NCBI GenBank assembly: GCA_030650025.1
Contig: JAUSEN010000015.1
Coordinates: 13,728 to 77,727 of the forward strand
Direction of reading: 5' to 3'
Source of the DNA: Candidatus Magasanikiibacteriota bacterium
GTDB lineage: Bacteria > Patescibacteriota > Patescibacteriia > Magasanikbacterales > GWA2-37-8
DNA: 64,000 nucleotides
Below are positions 18,942-27,660 of this stretch, piece after piece. The position numbers and the translations under genes are program-made. Numbering within the stretch: the stretch's first letter is position 1; every line of letters starts with the position of its first letter. The notes under the pieces are model-generated. The model worked only from the letters and a program-made list of their open reading frames with translations. It was not told the DNA's origin and searched no databases.

Positions 18942-19733
18942 TTAAAAAACAAAATTAGCGGTCAAATAACCGACGCCAAACGGCGCTTCGTAAGAATACT
19001 CTTGGAAGGAATAATTAATATCGCGCATCACCCCGAGCAAAATTAAAATTGAACGCAGTCCGCACTCGGCTCCAGCTTCGATTAGATTAGCATCTAAATT
19101 CACCACCCCGGCGCTATTACGCGTCTCTAAGAGCTGGCGCAGGGTAGCGTCAAATTCCGCGGCCCGAGGGTTAAAACCAGCTGGAGCATCGGTAGTTAAA
19201 GCATGAGAGAGGTCGCCCGAGGCAATAATGGCCACTCGTAAATTAGTATTAACAATAACCTCTTTTAAATAAGTGCCAAATTCAAAATGAGTTTTGGCGT
19301 CAAAGTCAGAAAACCCAATTGGCAAAATCGGCACCTCTTTCAAGTGGCGCAGTAAATAATAAAGCGGCACCACGCTGCCGTGGTCTAAAGTCGTTTCACT
19401 GATCAGCTTCGTTTTAAAATTAGTATGCCCGGTTCCGTGCCGGACAGCGTTAGCGAGCGTGGACCCACCTCTAAACTTCAGATTAGTCGTTAAATCGCCA
19501 AATTCGCGCAAGTCTGACCGGTACTCTTCGCAAAAATTAATTGTCAAAGCTTCTGGCAAGAAAGTGCCATGGGGCGAAATTATTACGACAGTATCGGGCC
19601 GCCGGGCGTAAAGATCCTCTTCCAGTTTAAGGAGCGCGCGTCTAGTTTTATCTACTTTTTTTATAATTCGTTTGCCAATTGTCGGAATTAAAAGGGGCGG
19701 GTGCGGTGTAATGGCGGCAAATACTAGGGCCAT
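18942..19733 (-). CDS. LigB/Memo-like protein (AmmeMemoRadiSam protein B type)
   Basis: PHPP, ISPH, DHGSVVPLY, ASGDLSH, ECG, PFGVGY motifs. Confidence 0.8.
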   Translation of the reverse strand: MALVFAAITPHPPLLIPTIGKRIIKKVDKTRRALLKLEEDLYARRPDTVVIISPHGTFLPEALTINFCEEYRSDLREFGDLTTNLKFRGGSTLANAVRHGTGHTNFKTKLISETTLDHGSVVPLYYLLRHLKEVPILPIGFSDFDAKTHFEFGTYLKEVIVNTNLRVAIIASGDLSHALTTDAPAGFNPRAAEFDATLRQLLETRNSAGVVNLDANLIEAGAECGLRSILILLGVMRDINYSFQEYSYEAPFGVGYLTANFVF

Positions 19734-19738
19734 AGGTT

Positions 19739-21961
19739 TTATTTAAAGTTGGCAATAGTTACTTTATCTTGCGCCGCCAGTTTGGCAATTTTATCAGCGG
19801 CGGCAAAGCGGTTGGTTTTGGCTAAGTTATTCAAAGTTATCACCACGTACTGTTTTTTGGTTTTTTTACTTTCTATTAGCATTACGAGCGTAGCGCCCCC
19901 TTCGTCCGTATAGCCGGTTTTACTGGACTTTACCGTGTAATATTTGTTTTTTAAGCGTAATAGTTGGTTGGTATTCAAAAGGTTCTGTATTCGTACTTTA
20001 CCACCAGTTTGTTTAATTGTCACGCGGTAATTTACCTGGCTCATGGCTTTACGCACCGTGTCATTTTTAGCAGTTTTTATAAAAATTTTTAAGAGATCGC
20101 GAGCCGTAGTTTGGTTATCCGCGCTTAAGCCGGTTGGTTCGACTATCGAGGTATTATCCGCGCCCCAGGACGCTAAGCGGTCATTGATTCTGGCTACAAA
20201 ATCTTGCTCGGTGCCGGCGGATAATCTGGCGATTATCTTCGCCGCCGCGTTTACGGACCCCACATACATGGCATTCCAAAGGTCGCCTCGGCTCATTGAG
20301 TCCCGCGCTGTTAATTTGAGAATATTATTTTCCGCGCTGTCGAGCTTTGTGTTATAAGTGATCATTTTTTTATCAGGCACAAAATCCTGCTCCAGCGCTT
20401 CATAGCCAGTTAAAATTTTAGTTATAGAGGCTAAGGGGTAGCGGATATCCACATTTTTACCAGCCAAAATTCTCCCGCTCGGATATTCCGCCAAGAGATA
20501 GCTGCCCGCGGTCGTGGAAATTGAATTTAAAATCGGGCCGCCCGCGTCCCCCAAATATTTATTTTTCGAAGACAAGAGCGCCGAATTAATGAAAATTCCT
20601 TCTCCAGAGGGGAGCGTCGCCAGCGTTAAATTATCGGTAAAAATTATATTTGAGCGCTTGTATCCGAGCGCCCTAAAAGTTTCATCATCCGCGATCCGCC
20701 GGCGTTTGCCCTTTTCTATCACGTAGACAACATTACTGCCTTTCACTTGCAACATAGTGCCATCGGGGAAGGGGAGGGGGAGAGCCGCGATTTCCAAATC
20801 AGCAATTTCGCTGGCTCGCCTTTTTTCCATGGGCACGCTTTTCAATTTCACTTCAAGCAGTACCTCATTGGTGATCGGATATAAAATATTATCTTTTATA
20901 AAATAATATTTCTTAATGTCAGTCACATTAAGAACTAACCCTTCCGGGGCAGTGGTAGAAACGGTGATAGGGGAGCCAATCATATACCCGGCAATGTCAG
21001 TGTCGCTAATCTCCACAATTTCTTGGGGGTTATAGCCGAGCGCCCGGACCACTGCTTCCGAGGCAAATGGCCGGAGCGTGTCATAATCTAAGAGATAGGT
21101 TGAAGTCGAAGTTTGAAGCAGAGAATAATTGGGGAATAATAAATCCACTCCAGTCGCGTACGCCGACAGGTCAGAGCTCGCGACTTCAATCGCGATCTTG
21201 GGGTTTAGGCGGCTGACTAAAGCGCCCATATTGGCAAATTTTCTTTTCACGCCGTCTTGCACTAGCCAGTAAGTATTATCGTCGAGCGACTTGAGGAGCG
21301 TGCCATTAGGGTAAAACATTTCAAACCAGGTGCTCCAAATACGCCAAAAATTTTGATTCCCATGAATATGTGGCGTGTAGGTGTACAAAAAAGCTGTCGC
21401 CCAACTTTGCGGCGTCACCGCTCGGTTGTCAATGACAATGGGAGCGTCTTTCTTTTTTACAACGGGGTGCGTTTGGTTATCATAATACCAGCGAATAATT
21501 CCCGCCGCGTTGTTCACTTGCCGCCCAAAGCCGCGGTATTTTTGAAGGCGACTTTCGTCCATACTACACGCGTCGCAAATGCCATAGCCCGCGGCCCAAT
21601 CCAATTGTTTTTGGGTAGGGGAATCGTCAGTAATTAAACTTTGTTCTTTTTGGAGCGTTACCAGAATATATTTAGGGTTAACCTGGTAGGTATTGGCGGC
21701 GTCGTAGATTATCTCGGCCGCGGTTTTGACAGCGCCGTTAAAATCAGGGCAAGAGTAACTCGCCAAAAAACTGCCGCGGCGCTCTAAAAAATCCTGAATA
21801 TCGCGCGTTGTCCAGTTAGTGGCATTTTGCATTTCTTGGTCCGAAATAATCAAGTGTGGGTTAAAATCCGCCTGTGCTAGGGACGCTAGAGGAACCAACG
21901 TCAGCGTTATAACGCCAATTACTAAACCAAAAATAGCGATGTTTTTGAAGATCGTTTTCAT
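19739..21961 (-). CDS. secreted multidomain protein: putative lysozyme-like N-domain, repeats, C-terminal S11 D,D-carboxypeptidase
   Basis: Signal peptide; LVTLQKEQSL...LYTYTPH domain; SITK, SVN, KTG penicillin-binding motifs. Confidence 0.75.
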   Translation of the reverse strand: MKTIFKNIAIFGLVIGVITLTLVPLASLAQADFNPHLIISDQEMQNATNWTTRDIQDFLERRGSFLASYSCPDFNGAVKTAAEIIYDAANTYQVNPKYILVTLQKEQSLITDDSPTQKQLDWAAGYGICDACSMDESRLQKYRGFGRQVNNAAGIIRWYYDNQTHPVVKKKDAPIVIDNRAVTPQSWATAFLYTYTPHIHGNQNFWRIWSTWFEMFYPNGTLLKSLDDNTYWLVQDGVKRKFANMGALVSRLNPKIAIEVASSDLSAYATGVDLLFPNYSLLQTSTSTYLLDYDTLRPFASEAVVRALGYNPQEIVEISDTDIAGYMIGSPITVSTTAPEGLVLNVTDIKKYYFIKDNILYPITNEVLLEVKLKSVPMEKRRASEIADLEIAALPLPFPDGTMLQVKGSNVVYVIEKGKRRRIADDETFRALGYKRSNIIFTDNLTLATLPSGEGIFINSALLSSKNKYLGDAGGPILNSISTTAGSYLLAEYPSGRILAGKNVDIRYPLASITKILTGYEALEQDFVPDKKMITYNTKLDSAENNILKLTARDSMSRGDLWNAMYVGSVNAAAKIIARLSAGTEQDFVARINDRLASWGADNTSIVEPTGLSADNQTTARDLLKIFIKTAKNDTVRKAMSQVNYRVTIKQTGGKVRIQNLLNTNQLLRLKNKYYTVKSSKTGYTDEGGATLVMLIESKKTKKQYVVITLNNLAKTNRFAAADKIAKLAAQDKVTIANFK

Positions 21962-22031
21962 GAGTCTATTATAACATAGACTAAGCAAACAAAAAATAGA
22001 CATAATAAGTTAAAAATGCTAAAATTTTAGC

Positions 22032-22424
22032 ATGATCAAAGAGAGCGAACTCAAAATTAATTTTGTCCGTTCCCCTGGCCCGGGCGGGCAGAATGTTAAC
22101 AAAACCTCAACCAAAGCTATGGTGCGCTGGGGAGTTGGCGCTTCGCGTTTTTTTAATAATGCCGAGAAAGCCAGAATCCGTCTTAAACTCGCTAATCGCC
22201 TTAATAGCGCCGACGAAATTATAGTTACTAGTTCTGCCGAGCGTTCCCAACTGCAAAATAAAAATAAAGCGATTTTGCGTTTAAATTTTTTAATAAGTAA
22301 TGCTTTAATCATACCCAAAACCCGCCGTGCCACCAAACCCACCCGCGCCTCGCGGCTTAAACGCCTAGAGCGCAAAACCAAGCGCTCGCTGGTTAAGCGC
22401 GCGCGGCGAATCATTCTCGATTGA
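22032..22424 (+). CDS. arfB: alternative ribosome rescue factor B
   Basis: PGPGGQNVNK, RSQLQNK, basic tail RRATKPTRAS. Confidence 0.93.
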   Translation: MIKESELKINFVRSPGPGGQNVNKTSTKAMVRWGVGASRFFNNAEKARIRLKLANRLNSADEIIVTSSAERSQLQNKNKAILRLNFLISNALIIPKTRRATKPTRASRLKRLERKTKRSLVKRARRIILD

Positions 22425-22430
22425 TTATTT

Positions 22431-25064
22431 TTATTTTATCACCACCTTGCCTTTTTCAGCCGAAATTAGAGCGGTGTCTCCGGGGTTAATACTGCCGCTG
22501 ATAATTTTTAAAGCCAGCGGGTCTAACATGTCGGTCTGAATCAAGCGCTTCAAGGGCCGCGCGCCATAATCAACATTAAAACCAGCCTTGGTTAAATATT
22601 TTTTGATAGCGGCGTCAAAGTTCAAAGTAATTTTTTGTTCTCCTAAACGCTTAGCGACTTCCGCGAGGCGCAGGTCCACAATTTGTTCAATGTCTTTTTC
22701 GCTCAAGGATTCAAAGACAATCGTCTCGTCCACGCGGTTAAGAAATTCCGGTTTAAAGGTTTCTTTAAGCACCTCCATAATTTGCGAGTTTATCAACTCG
22801 CGTTCTCTCTTACTTGATTTTGATTGGCCGTCCGCGAAACCAAATTCGCCTTTCTTGTGCCGGTCAAGAATTAAGTGGCTCCCCAAATTACTGGTCATAA
22901 TAATAATAGTATTTTTGAAATTTACTTTGCGACCCTTAGCGTCAGTTACATGGCCGTCGTCCAAAATTTGGAGTAGCACGTTAAATACATCCGGGTGCGC
23001 TTTTTCAATTTCGTCAAATAAAATAACCGCGTAAGGCCGGCGCCGCACAATCTCCGTCAGTTGGCCGCCTTCTTCATAGCCCACATACCCCGGGGGCGAG
23101 CCAATAATTTTGGAAACCGCGTGCTTTTCCATATACTCGCTCATATCCACCCGAACCAGAGCGTCTTCCGTGTCAAACATAAATTCCGCCAGTGTTTTCG
23201 CCAGTTCTGTTTTACCAACACCCGTTGGCCCGAGGAAAATAAACGAACCAATCGGGCGCTTCTCTTCGCCAATGCCCGCGCGCGAGCGGCGAATGGCGTT
23301 GGCTACTGCTCGGATCGCTTCCGTTTGCCCCACGACTCGTTTACTTAAAATATCTTCTAACTCTGTTAATTTTTGAGTTTCGGTTTTGAGCATTTTTTGC
23401 ACGGGTATGTGCGTCCAGCGCGCGACCACTCCGGCCACATCCTCATCCGTTACCTCTTCTTTTAAAATTCCATGGCTCTTTTGCATCTGGGTAAGCTTCA
23501 ATTCCGTGTCTTTGAGGTCTCGTAAAATATCGGGAATGCGGCCATAGCGGATCTCGGCCACTTTTTGCAAATCGCCTTTGCGCTCTTCAATCTCGGCCTG
23601 TTGTTTTAATTTGTCAACGTCTTTTTTAAAGGCATGAATTTTTGTGATTAACTCTTTCTCATTCTTCCACTTGGCTTCTAAGCCCAAACTGTTCTCCTGC
23701 AAATTAGCTAGTTCACTTTCGACTTTGGCTAAACGCTCTTTAGAATCCGGGTCAGTTTCTTTGGCCAGGGCGCGTTTTTCGATCTCGAGTTTAGTAGTGG
23801 CGCGCTTCATGCGGTCGAGGTCCTCGGGCATGGAATCAATCTGGAGGCGTAGCGCCGCCGCCGCTTCATCAATTAAATCAATGGCTTTATCCGGTAAAAA
23901 GCGGTCCGTGATATAGCGCTCCGAGAGTTTAACCGCCGCTAATATGGCCGCGTCCGTAATGCGGACGCCGTGGTGAACTTCGTACTTATCTTTAATCCCG
24001 CGTAAAATTGCCACGGTATCGTCGCTTGAGGGCTCGTTGACCATCACGGGCTGGAAGCGGCGCTCGAGCGCGGCGTCTTTTTCAATATGTTTCTGGTATT
24101 CTTTAAGAGTCGTGGCGCCAATCGTATGGAGTTCGCCGCGTGCCAGCATGGGTTTCAGCATGTTCGAGGCGTCAATCGCGCCTTCCGACGCTCCGGCTCC
24201 GACAATCGTATGAAGTTCGTCAATAAATAAAATAATCTTCCCGGCCGAATTATTAATTTCTTTTAAAACCGCCTTCAGGCGTTCTTCAAATTCGCCGCGA
24301 AATTTTGTGCCCGCCACCAAAGCGCCAACATCTAAGGTGATGACGTCTTTATTTTTGAGAGATTCCGGCACATCGCCATTAACAATCCGCTGGGCTAAAC
24401 CTTCCACGATCGCGGTTTTGCCTGTGCCCGGCTCACCAATTAAAACCGGATTATTCTTGGTGCGCCGCGAAAGAATTTGCATGACGCGGCGAATTTCTTC
24501 ATCGCGCCCAATGACCGGATCAATTTTTTCTTTGCGCGCCAGGTCTGTTAAATTTTTGCCATATTTTTCTAAAGCATTGTACTTGGCTTCGGGCTCTGGC
24601 GAATCGACTTTCTGTGACCCTCGGATCGTGGCTAAAATTTTTAGCGCCGCTTCATAATTTACCGCGTAAGTTTGGAGAATCTCGCTGATCGGATTTTTGC
24701 CAGTTAAAAATGCCAAGAGTAAATGTTCGACGCTAATATATTCGTCGCCCATTTTTTTAGCTTCCGCGGCCGCGGTTTGAAATACGTGTACCATTGGCTG
24801 CCCGAGCATTACTTGCCCCATGGCGCTTTGCGACCAACCTTGTTGTTTGGGGAGTTGATTAACGAGATTAGCCACCTGGCTTTCCAAAACTGGCAGGGGA
24901 GTGTTTAATTTTTGTAATAGCGACACCACCACGCTATCCTGATCCTTCAACAGCGCCAAAAATAAATGTGGCGGTTCAACTTGCTGTTGGCCGTTAGTAT
25001 TGGCAATACTGGCCGCGGTCTGAATCGCTTCTTGGGATTTATGCGTAAAATTTTGGGGGATCAT
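22431..25064 (-). CDS. clpB: ATP-dependent chaperone ClpB
   Basis: Clp N repeats, two AAA+ domains ([16 protein letters not shown]), long middle coiled coil. Confidence 0.96.
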   Translation of the reverse strand: MIPQNFTHKSQEAIQTAASIANTNGQQQVEPPHLFLALLKDQDSVVVSLLQKLNTPLPVLESQVANLVNQLPKQQGWSQSAMGQVMLGQPMVHVFQTAAAEAKKMGDEYISVEHLLLAFLTGKNPISEILQTYAVNYEAALKILATIRGSQKVDSPEPEAKYNALEKYGKNLTDLARKEKIDPVIGRDEEIRRVMQILSRRTKNNPVLIGEPGTGKTAIVEGLAQRIVNGDVPESLKNKDVITLDVGALVAGTKFRGEFEERLKAVLKEINNSAGKIILFIDELHTIVGAGASEGAIDASNMLKPMLARGELHTIGATTLKEYQKHIEKDAALERRFQPVMVNEPSSDDTVAILRGIKDKYEVHHGVRITDAAILAAVKLSERYITDRFLPDKAIDLIDEAAAALRLQIDSMPEDLDRMKRATTKLEIEKRALAKETDPDSKERLAKVESELANLQENSLGLEAKWKNEKELITKIHAFKKDVDKLKQQAEIEERKGDLQKVAEIRYGRIPDILRDLKDTELKLTQMQKSHGILKEEVTDEDVAGVVARWTHIPVQKMLKTETQKLTELEDILSKRVVGQTEAIRAVANAIRRSRAGIGEEKRPIGSFIFLGPTGVGKTELAKTLAEFMFDTEDALVRVDMSEYMEKHAVSKIIGSPPGYVGYEEGGQLTEIVRRRPYAVILFDEIEKAHPDVFNVLLQILDDGHVTDAKGRKVNFKNTIIIMTSNLGSHLILDRHKKGEFGFADGQSKSSKRERELINSQIMEVLKETFKPEFLNRVDETIVFESLSEKDIEQIVDLRLAEVAKRLGEQKITLNFDAAIKKYLTKAGFNVDYGARPLKRLIQTDMLDPLALKIISGSINPGDTALISAEKGKVVIK

Positions 25065-25078
25065 ACTTGTTTGTCACT

Positions 25079-25105
25079 TTAGCACTCACATAACTAGAGT
25101 GATAA
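25079..25105. promoter_or_regulatory. CIRCE element (HrcA operator) upstream of clpB
   Basis: TTAGCACTC-N9-GAGTGATAA, one mismatch to the consensus TTAGCACTC-N9-GAGTGCTAA. Confidence 0.9.
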
Positions 25106-25108
25106 TTT

Positions 25109-25137
25109 AGTATAGCAATACTTGTTTTTCTTGTCAA
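25109..25137 (-). promoter_or_regulatory. clpB sigma70 promoter TTGACA-17-TATACT with extended -10 TG
   Basis: Near-perfect consensus directly upstream of the CIRCE. Confidence 0.8.
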
Positions 25138-25183
25138 ATAGTGCTAAAATAGCTTAAAATAAAAGATAAAATAAGGTAAAATT

Positions 25184-26632
25184 ATGATCAAAAACATCAT
25201 TTTCGACTGGTCTGGAGTCGTCAATAATAACTTCGCACAATCATGTGAAGCGGTTAATTATGTGTTGCGGCATTTTAACGTCCCTGCCATGACTCTCGAG
25301 GAAATCAAGGCCGACTGGATTCAGCCTTATATGCTGTTTTATTCGGCTCGCATTCCGCATTTAGATATCGAAAAAGAAAAAGAATTATTTTATCTTTCTT
25401 ACAACGAAGCTATTAAAACCACTCCCAATACGGCTTTTGCGGGCATGCCCGAGATGTTAAAACTTTTTCAAGCCGCCGGACTAAATATGATAATTATTTC
25501 GAGCGACCATCCGGGGACGCTGGCGGACGATCTCGACAAATTTGGCCTCAACGGGGTTTTTAACGAAGTATTTGCCGATGTTCATGATAAGCGCGTCGGG
25601 CTCCAAGATATAATGACCAAACACAATTTTAAAAATTCTGAAACTGTTTTTATCGGCGACTCGACGCACGAAGTTGAATCCGGCCAAAGCGCCAACATGT
25701 TAACTTGCGCCGTCACCTGGGGGTTCCAAAATAAAGATAAACTACTCGCCGCGCGCCCGGATTTTTTAGCTGAATCAGTCGCGGAATTAAAAAATATTAT
25801 TCTTCACCGCCACGCCCCGGCCACCAATGTTTTGGGTGTTCGCGTCAGCTTGCTCGATCAAACCACTGCTTTGCGGATAGCCAGCAATTATTTAAAATCT
25901 AACTACCAGTATCATATTTTTACCCCGAACCCTGAAATGCTCGTCAAAGCCGCCTCTGATCATTATTTTCGTGACATTCTCAACACCGGCAACCTGAATT
26001 TATGCGATGGCTTCGGCTTGTGGCTGGCGCTCAAGCTATCCTCGTTCAAATTGTCATTTCGACCGGAGTCCGGACAAAGTCCGGACGGAGTGGAGAAATC
26101 TAGTGCGCGTATCACCGGCGTCGATTTCATGTTCGACTTATGCGCTCTCGCCGCGCGCGAGAATAAAAAAATATTTTTACTTGGCTCTGGTAATAGGGAA
26201 GTGGCTAGTAAAACAAAAGACGCTCTGCAATCAAAATTCCCTAAACTTAATATTATTGGTGTTCATCCTTGGCTGACTATCACAGAAGATGTGGTAACTG
26301 GCAAATTGATCTTAAACGAACTCGAAAATACGCGCCTTCTTGAAGAAATCAAATCCGCCAGCCCGGACATTTTATTTGTCGCCTTTGGCATGGGCAAGCA
26401 AGAAAAATGGATTCACGAATATGCCACGCAAATACCAAGCCTTAAAATTGCCATGGGTGTGGGCGGGGCGTTTGATTATATCTCTGGCAAAATTCCCCGC
26501 GCGCCTAGACTAATGCGCAAAGTTGGGCTAGAATGGCTGTATCGTTTAATCCGCGAACCTCGCCGGGCAGGACGGATTTTTAACGCAACTATTAAATTTT
26601 TATACTATGTTGGAAAGGGATCCGGTAAATGA
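25184..26632 (+). CDS. HAD-like hydrolase fused to WecB/TagA/CpsF (GT26) glycosyltransferase
   Basis: IIFDWSG...FIGDS..EV HAD motifs; TPNPE, DG.G, RITGVD, GMGKQEKW, GVGGAFD, LEWLYRL..EP.R GT26 motifs. Confidence 0.85.
   Translation: MIKNIIFDWSGVVNNNFAQSCEAVNYVLRHFNVPAMTLEEIKADWIQPYMLFYSARIPHLDIEKEKELFYLSYNEAIKTTPNTAFAGMPEMLKLFQAAGLNMIIISSDHPGTLADDLDKFGLNGVFNEVFADVHDKRVGLQDIMTKHNFKNSETVFIGDSTHEVESGQSANMLTCAVTWGFQNKDKLLAARPDFLAESVAELKNIILHRHAPATNVLGVRVSLLDQTTALRIASNYLKSNYQYHIFTPNPEMLVKAASDHYFRDILNTGNLNLCDGFGLWLALKLSSFKLSFRPESGQSPDGVEKSSARITGVDFMFDLCALAARENKKIFLLGSGNREVASKTKDALQSKFPKLNIIGVHPWLTITEDVVTGKLILNELENTRLLEEIKSASPDILFVAFGMGKQEKWIHEYATQIPSLKIAMGVGGAFDYISGKIPRAPRLMRKVGLEWLYRLIREPRRAGRIFNATIKFLYYVGKGSGK
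26052..26101. repeat. half palindromic element TGTCATTTCGAC-hairpin-GGAGAAATCT, in frame in the WecB domain
   Basis: Internal GTCCGGAC-AAA-GTCCGGAC hairpin; ends match the right arm of 49269..49390. Confidence 0.8.
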
Positions 26633-27173
26633 ACAACCAAAAAGACTCATTGTTGAAGTTGGGTCAGGAGGTGTCTCGGCGTTGAGTTTAGGAACACGGG
26701 GTAAAAAAGATGACGAAGTATTTGTTAGTCTTGATTTAGATCCAAATCAGGTTAGAGATGAAAAAGATGCCCATGTAATTGTAGCTGATGGGACAAACTT
26801 ACCGTTTGCCGATAAGTGTGTCGATGAATTAATTTATACTAATGTTTTTGGAGACCACCATCTTCAAAAGCCGGAGAAAATGTTAACAGAGGCGCAACGC
26901 GTGCTTAAACCAGAAGGATTTGTTTTTATTACTGAAACTTATACCCCGAAAAAAATGGCTCAAACACTCGGGGTCTCTTTACGGAGATCTGAATTGGAAA
27001 AACAAGGTCATATGAAATGGGAGTTAATAAAAGTAGACGATAGCGGTTTATTAGATTCTTCCGGATTCATTATTGATAGTTGGTCAGGCGCCCCAGACGA
27101 CGTGGCTCAATTTGAAAGATATTTCGGTAAACCATGGGGCGGTATTGCGATAAAACTAAAGAAAAAAAGTTAA
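26607..27173 (+). CDS. class I SAM-dependent methyltransferase
   Basis: VEVGSGG motif I, ADGTNLPF, RVLKPEG. Confidence 0.75.
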   Translation: MLERDPVNEQPKRLIVEVGSGGVSALSLGTRGKKDDEVFVSLDLDPNQVRDEKDAHVIVADGTNLPFADKCVDELIYTNVFGDHHLQKPEKMLTEAQRVLKPEGFVFITETYTPKKMAQTLGVSLRRSELEKQGHMKWELIKVDDSGLLDSSGFIIDSWSGAPDDVAQFERYFGKPWGGIAIKLKKKS

Positions 27174-27189
27174 TGTATTGTAGTTGTGT

Positions 27190-27225
27190 ATGACCCGTAC
27201 CCGTTTTGCCCTTAACCCCCATGGT
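27190..27225 (+). pseudogene. degenerate duplicate of the gltX 5' end
   Basis: ATGACCCGTACCCGTTTTGCC (MTRTRFALNPHG) versus gltX ATGATCCGTACCCGTTTTGCT (MIRTRFAPSPTG). Confidence 0.7.
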
Positions 27226-27241
27226 CAAACCCCCATGGTCA
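27214..27241 (+). repeat. 14-bp tandem duplication (AACCCCCATGGTCA)x2
   Basis: Exact tandem copy read directly from the sequence. Confidence 0.85.
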
Positions 27242-27307
27242 TCTGTACAAAATTTTTTAAGTTTGGTATACTTAAATTGCTGAAATAAGCCAAATAAAAT
27301 TATACAC

Positions 27308-27523
27308 ATGAACTATATTACCATCCCAAAAACCGAGTATCGACAGCTTAAACGGCATGCGAGCGCGTTTCGAAATTTATCGGCGCAAATTTTTAAATCT
27401 GCTCTACGCGACCCCATTGCGGACGTCGTGGAAGATTTTAAAAAGACTGAAAGTTACACGAAAGGGTTTTTACGAGACTTAGAAAGTGGTCTGCGCAAGT
27501 CTTCCTACGCCAAGCGCGTATGA
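27308..27523 (+). CDS. small putative antitoxin
   Basis: 71 aa starting ITIPKTEY..LK; ATGA overlap with a downstream toxin-like remnant. Confidence 0.55.
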   Translation: MNYITIPKTEYRQLKRHASAFRNLSAQIFKSALRDPIADVVEDFKKTESYTKGFLRDLESGLRKSSYAKRV

Positions 27524-27655
27524 TTATTAAGCCGTTGCGCGCAGATTTAAAGGACGTTCTATCTCGACGCCAGTTAGAATCGAAATCGGGCGTTATTTTT
27601 TATTGATAATGGCATGGCTGAAGTTTTTCAAATCACGAATCACTATAAGCGTTAA
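27520..27655 (+). pseudogene. RelE/ParE-like toxin remnant with internal deletion and frameshift
   Basis: One frame gives MIIKPLRADLKDVLSRRQLESK, the next gives RALFFIDNGMAEVFQITNHYKR*; N- and C-termini of a RelE-like protein with the core missing. Confidence 0.55.
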
Positions 27656-27660
27656 TAATT

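Noticed and set aside
22019-22414. Antisense and alternative-frame ORFs in the track (this one and those opposite clpB, the P-type ATPase, helicase, atp genes)
   Set aside because: They are shadows of well-supported genes on the other strand and carry no motifs
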